From the NCBI GenBank assembly GCA_033763255.1, contig JANRKX010000087.1, positions 40,075-104,074 of the forward strand: DNA of 64,000 nt, given 5' to 3'. A program made the position numbers and the translations under genes. The notes below the pieces were generated by a model. That model searched no databases, was not told where the DNA came from, and saw only the letters and a program-made list of their open reading frames with translations. The DNA is from Acidobacteriota bacterium (GTDB lineage Bacteria > Acidobacteriota > Blastocatellia > RBC074). Positions 62,949 to 64,000 of this stretch are shown in pieces. Every line of letters begins with the position of its first letter. Position 1 is the first letter of the stretch.

Positions 62949-63836
62949 TTACTGAGCCTCAGCGCCGCTGACGACCTCGATGATTTCGCGGGTGATTTTT
63001 GCCTGACGCACGCGGTTCATCACCAGCGTCAGTTTATCAATCACTTCCGAAGCGTTTTTCGACGCGGAATCCATCGCGGTCATACGCGCGCCAAGTTCCG
63101 AAGCCACAGATTCCAACAGAGCGTGGTAAATCTGATTTTCGATCAGCTTCGGCAACAATTCGCTGTAAATCACTTGCGGCGGCTGTTCGTACAAATAATC
63201 AATCAGAACATCAGTCTGACCGGCTTCGACTTCATCGCGGCCAATCGGCAGCAACTGTTCGACCACAGGGCGCTGCGAAAGCGCCGATTTGAATTCGTTG
63301 TACAGCAGGTAAACTCGGTCAACAGGTTTTTCGTCCGACTTGTAATCGGCAACCAATGCCTGACCGATTTCAACCACGTCCGTAACACTGACTTTGCCTG
63401 AACCGGTGATGCCGATGTGTTCGCGCCGGATCGTCACCGGACGACGGCGGAAATAATCGCAACCTTTGCGACCGATCAACACCAACTCAACATCTTTGTC
63501 GGTGTTCTGCCGCAAAAACTCCTGAGCGGCTTTGACCAGATTGGTATTGAACCCTCCGCACAAACCTTTGTCGGCTGTTACCAGCGCCAGCACCACACGT
63601 TCTTTGTGCCCTTCCTGGCGTTCGTGGCCGACCAGCAACGGATCGCGGTAATCGGGCGAACGGCGAGCCGCATCGCCCAAAATCTGCAACATCTTGTTCG
63701 TGTACGGGCGCGCAGCAGTCACGCGCTCAGTCGCTTTGCGCAAACGGGCAGCCGAAACCATTTTCATGGCTTTGGTGATCTGCCGCATATTTTTGACGGC
63801 GCGAACTCGCCGCCGTAAATCCTGAACACTAGGCAT
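62949..63836 (-). CDS. atpG: ATP synthase F1 gamma subunit
   Basis: MPSVQDLRRRVRAVKNMRQITKAMKMVSAARLRKA... and the C-terminal ...AKITREIIEVVSGAEA are present. Confidence 0.9.
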   Translation of the reverse strand: MPSVQDLRRRVRAVKNMRQITKAMKMVSAARLRKATERVTAARPYTNKMLQILGDAARRSPDYRDPLLVGHERQEGHKERVVLALVTADKGLCGGFNTNLVKAAQEFLRQNTDKDVELVLIGRKGCDYFRRRPVTIRREHIGITGSGKVSVTDVVEIGQALVADYKSDEKPVDRVYLLYNEFKSALSQRPVVEQLLPIGRDEVEAGQTDVLIDYLYEQPPQVIYSELLPKLIENQIYHALLESVASELGARMTAMDSASKNASEVIDKLTLVMNRVRQAKITREIIEVVSGAEAQ

Positions 63837-63869
63837 AATGTCCTCTGGCTTTTTTCAATCTGAAAGCCG

Positions 63870-64000
63870 TTACGCTTTCGCGGCTTTGACCTGCGCGTTG
63901 TAGCGTTGTTTGAACTCGTCGAGCGTAGCTTTCAGCTTGCTCTTCACGTCGTCGTTAATGCCTGCTTTGGTATTTTCGCGCAAGGCAGCCAGCGCCGCCG
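63870..64000 (-). CDS. atpA: ATP synthase F1 alpha subunit, C-terminal fragment; the 5' end lies outside the window
   Basis: The reverse translation ...LAALRENTKAGINDDVKSKLKATLDEFKQRYNAQVKAAKA* matches the AtpA C-terminus. The frame is open to the window edge. Confidence 0.8.
   Translation of the reverse strand, partial: AALAALRENTKAGINDDVKSKLKATLDEFKQRYNAQVKAAKA

Overview
This 64 kb window reads as a high-GC (about 55-65%) chromosomal segment with tightly packed, often overlapping genes. Gene content and style are reminiscent of Acidobacteria, but that is an inference from the sequence alone and not a database result. About 60 protein-coding genes can be supported, most of them housekeeping: fhs, argF, murJ, secA, aroC, def, ssb, fmt, rsmB, tsaE, nnr, atpG and the end of atpA. 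No rRNA or tRNA genes and no CRISPR array were found. Several accessory blocks stand out. (1) A periplasmic c-type cytochrome module with a pentaheme, a monoheme and a NapC/NirT-like tetraheme carrying a non-canonical CX4CH site. (2) A sigma54-type promoter with an upstream dyad in front of a DUF2934-Hsp20 fusion and a BON-domain gene. (3) A minus-strand copper/metal operon of TolC-like, multicopper oxidase with a C-terminal CopA-type metal-binding domain, a BNR-repeat protein, a CopA P1B-ATPase and an orphan hydantoinase-B. (4) A two-subunit aconitase-X pair split by a 200-bp cluster of GC-rich hairpins. (5) A ParD/ParE toxin-antitoxin module and a Uma2 endonuclease embedded in the aroC-def operon. 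(6) Two MacB/FtsX-like permeases and a secreted protein with no ATPase nearby. (7) The most novel-looking item: a 1.7-kb islet of about 43% GC (58.15-59.88 kb) encoding a secreted Cys/Gly-zipper protein and a small 3-TM protein, bounded by a palindrome and a strong hairpin. This resembles a bacteriocin-like toxin/immunity pair with no recognisable family. The ORF track also shows many long antisense shadow ORFs typical of GC-rich DNA, which were rejected.
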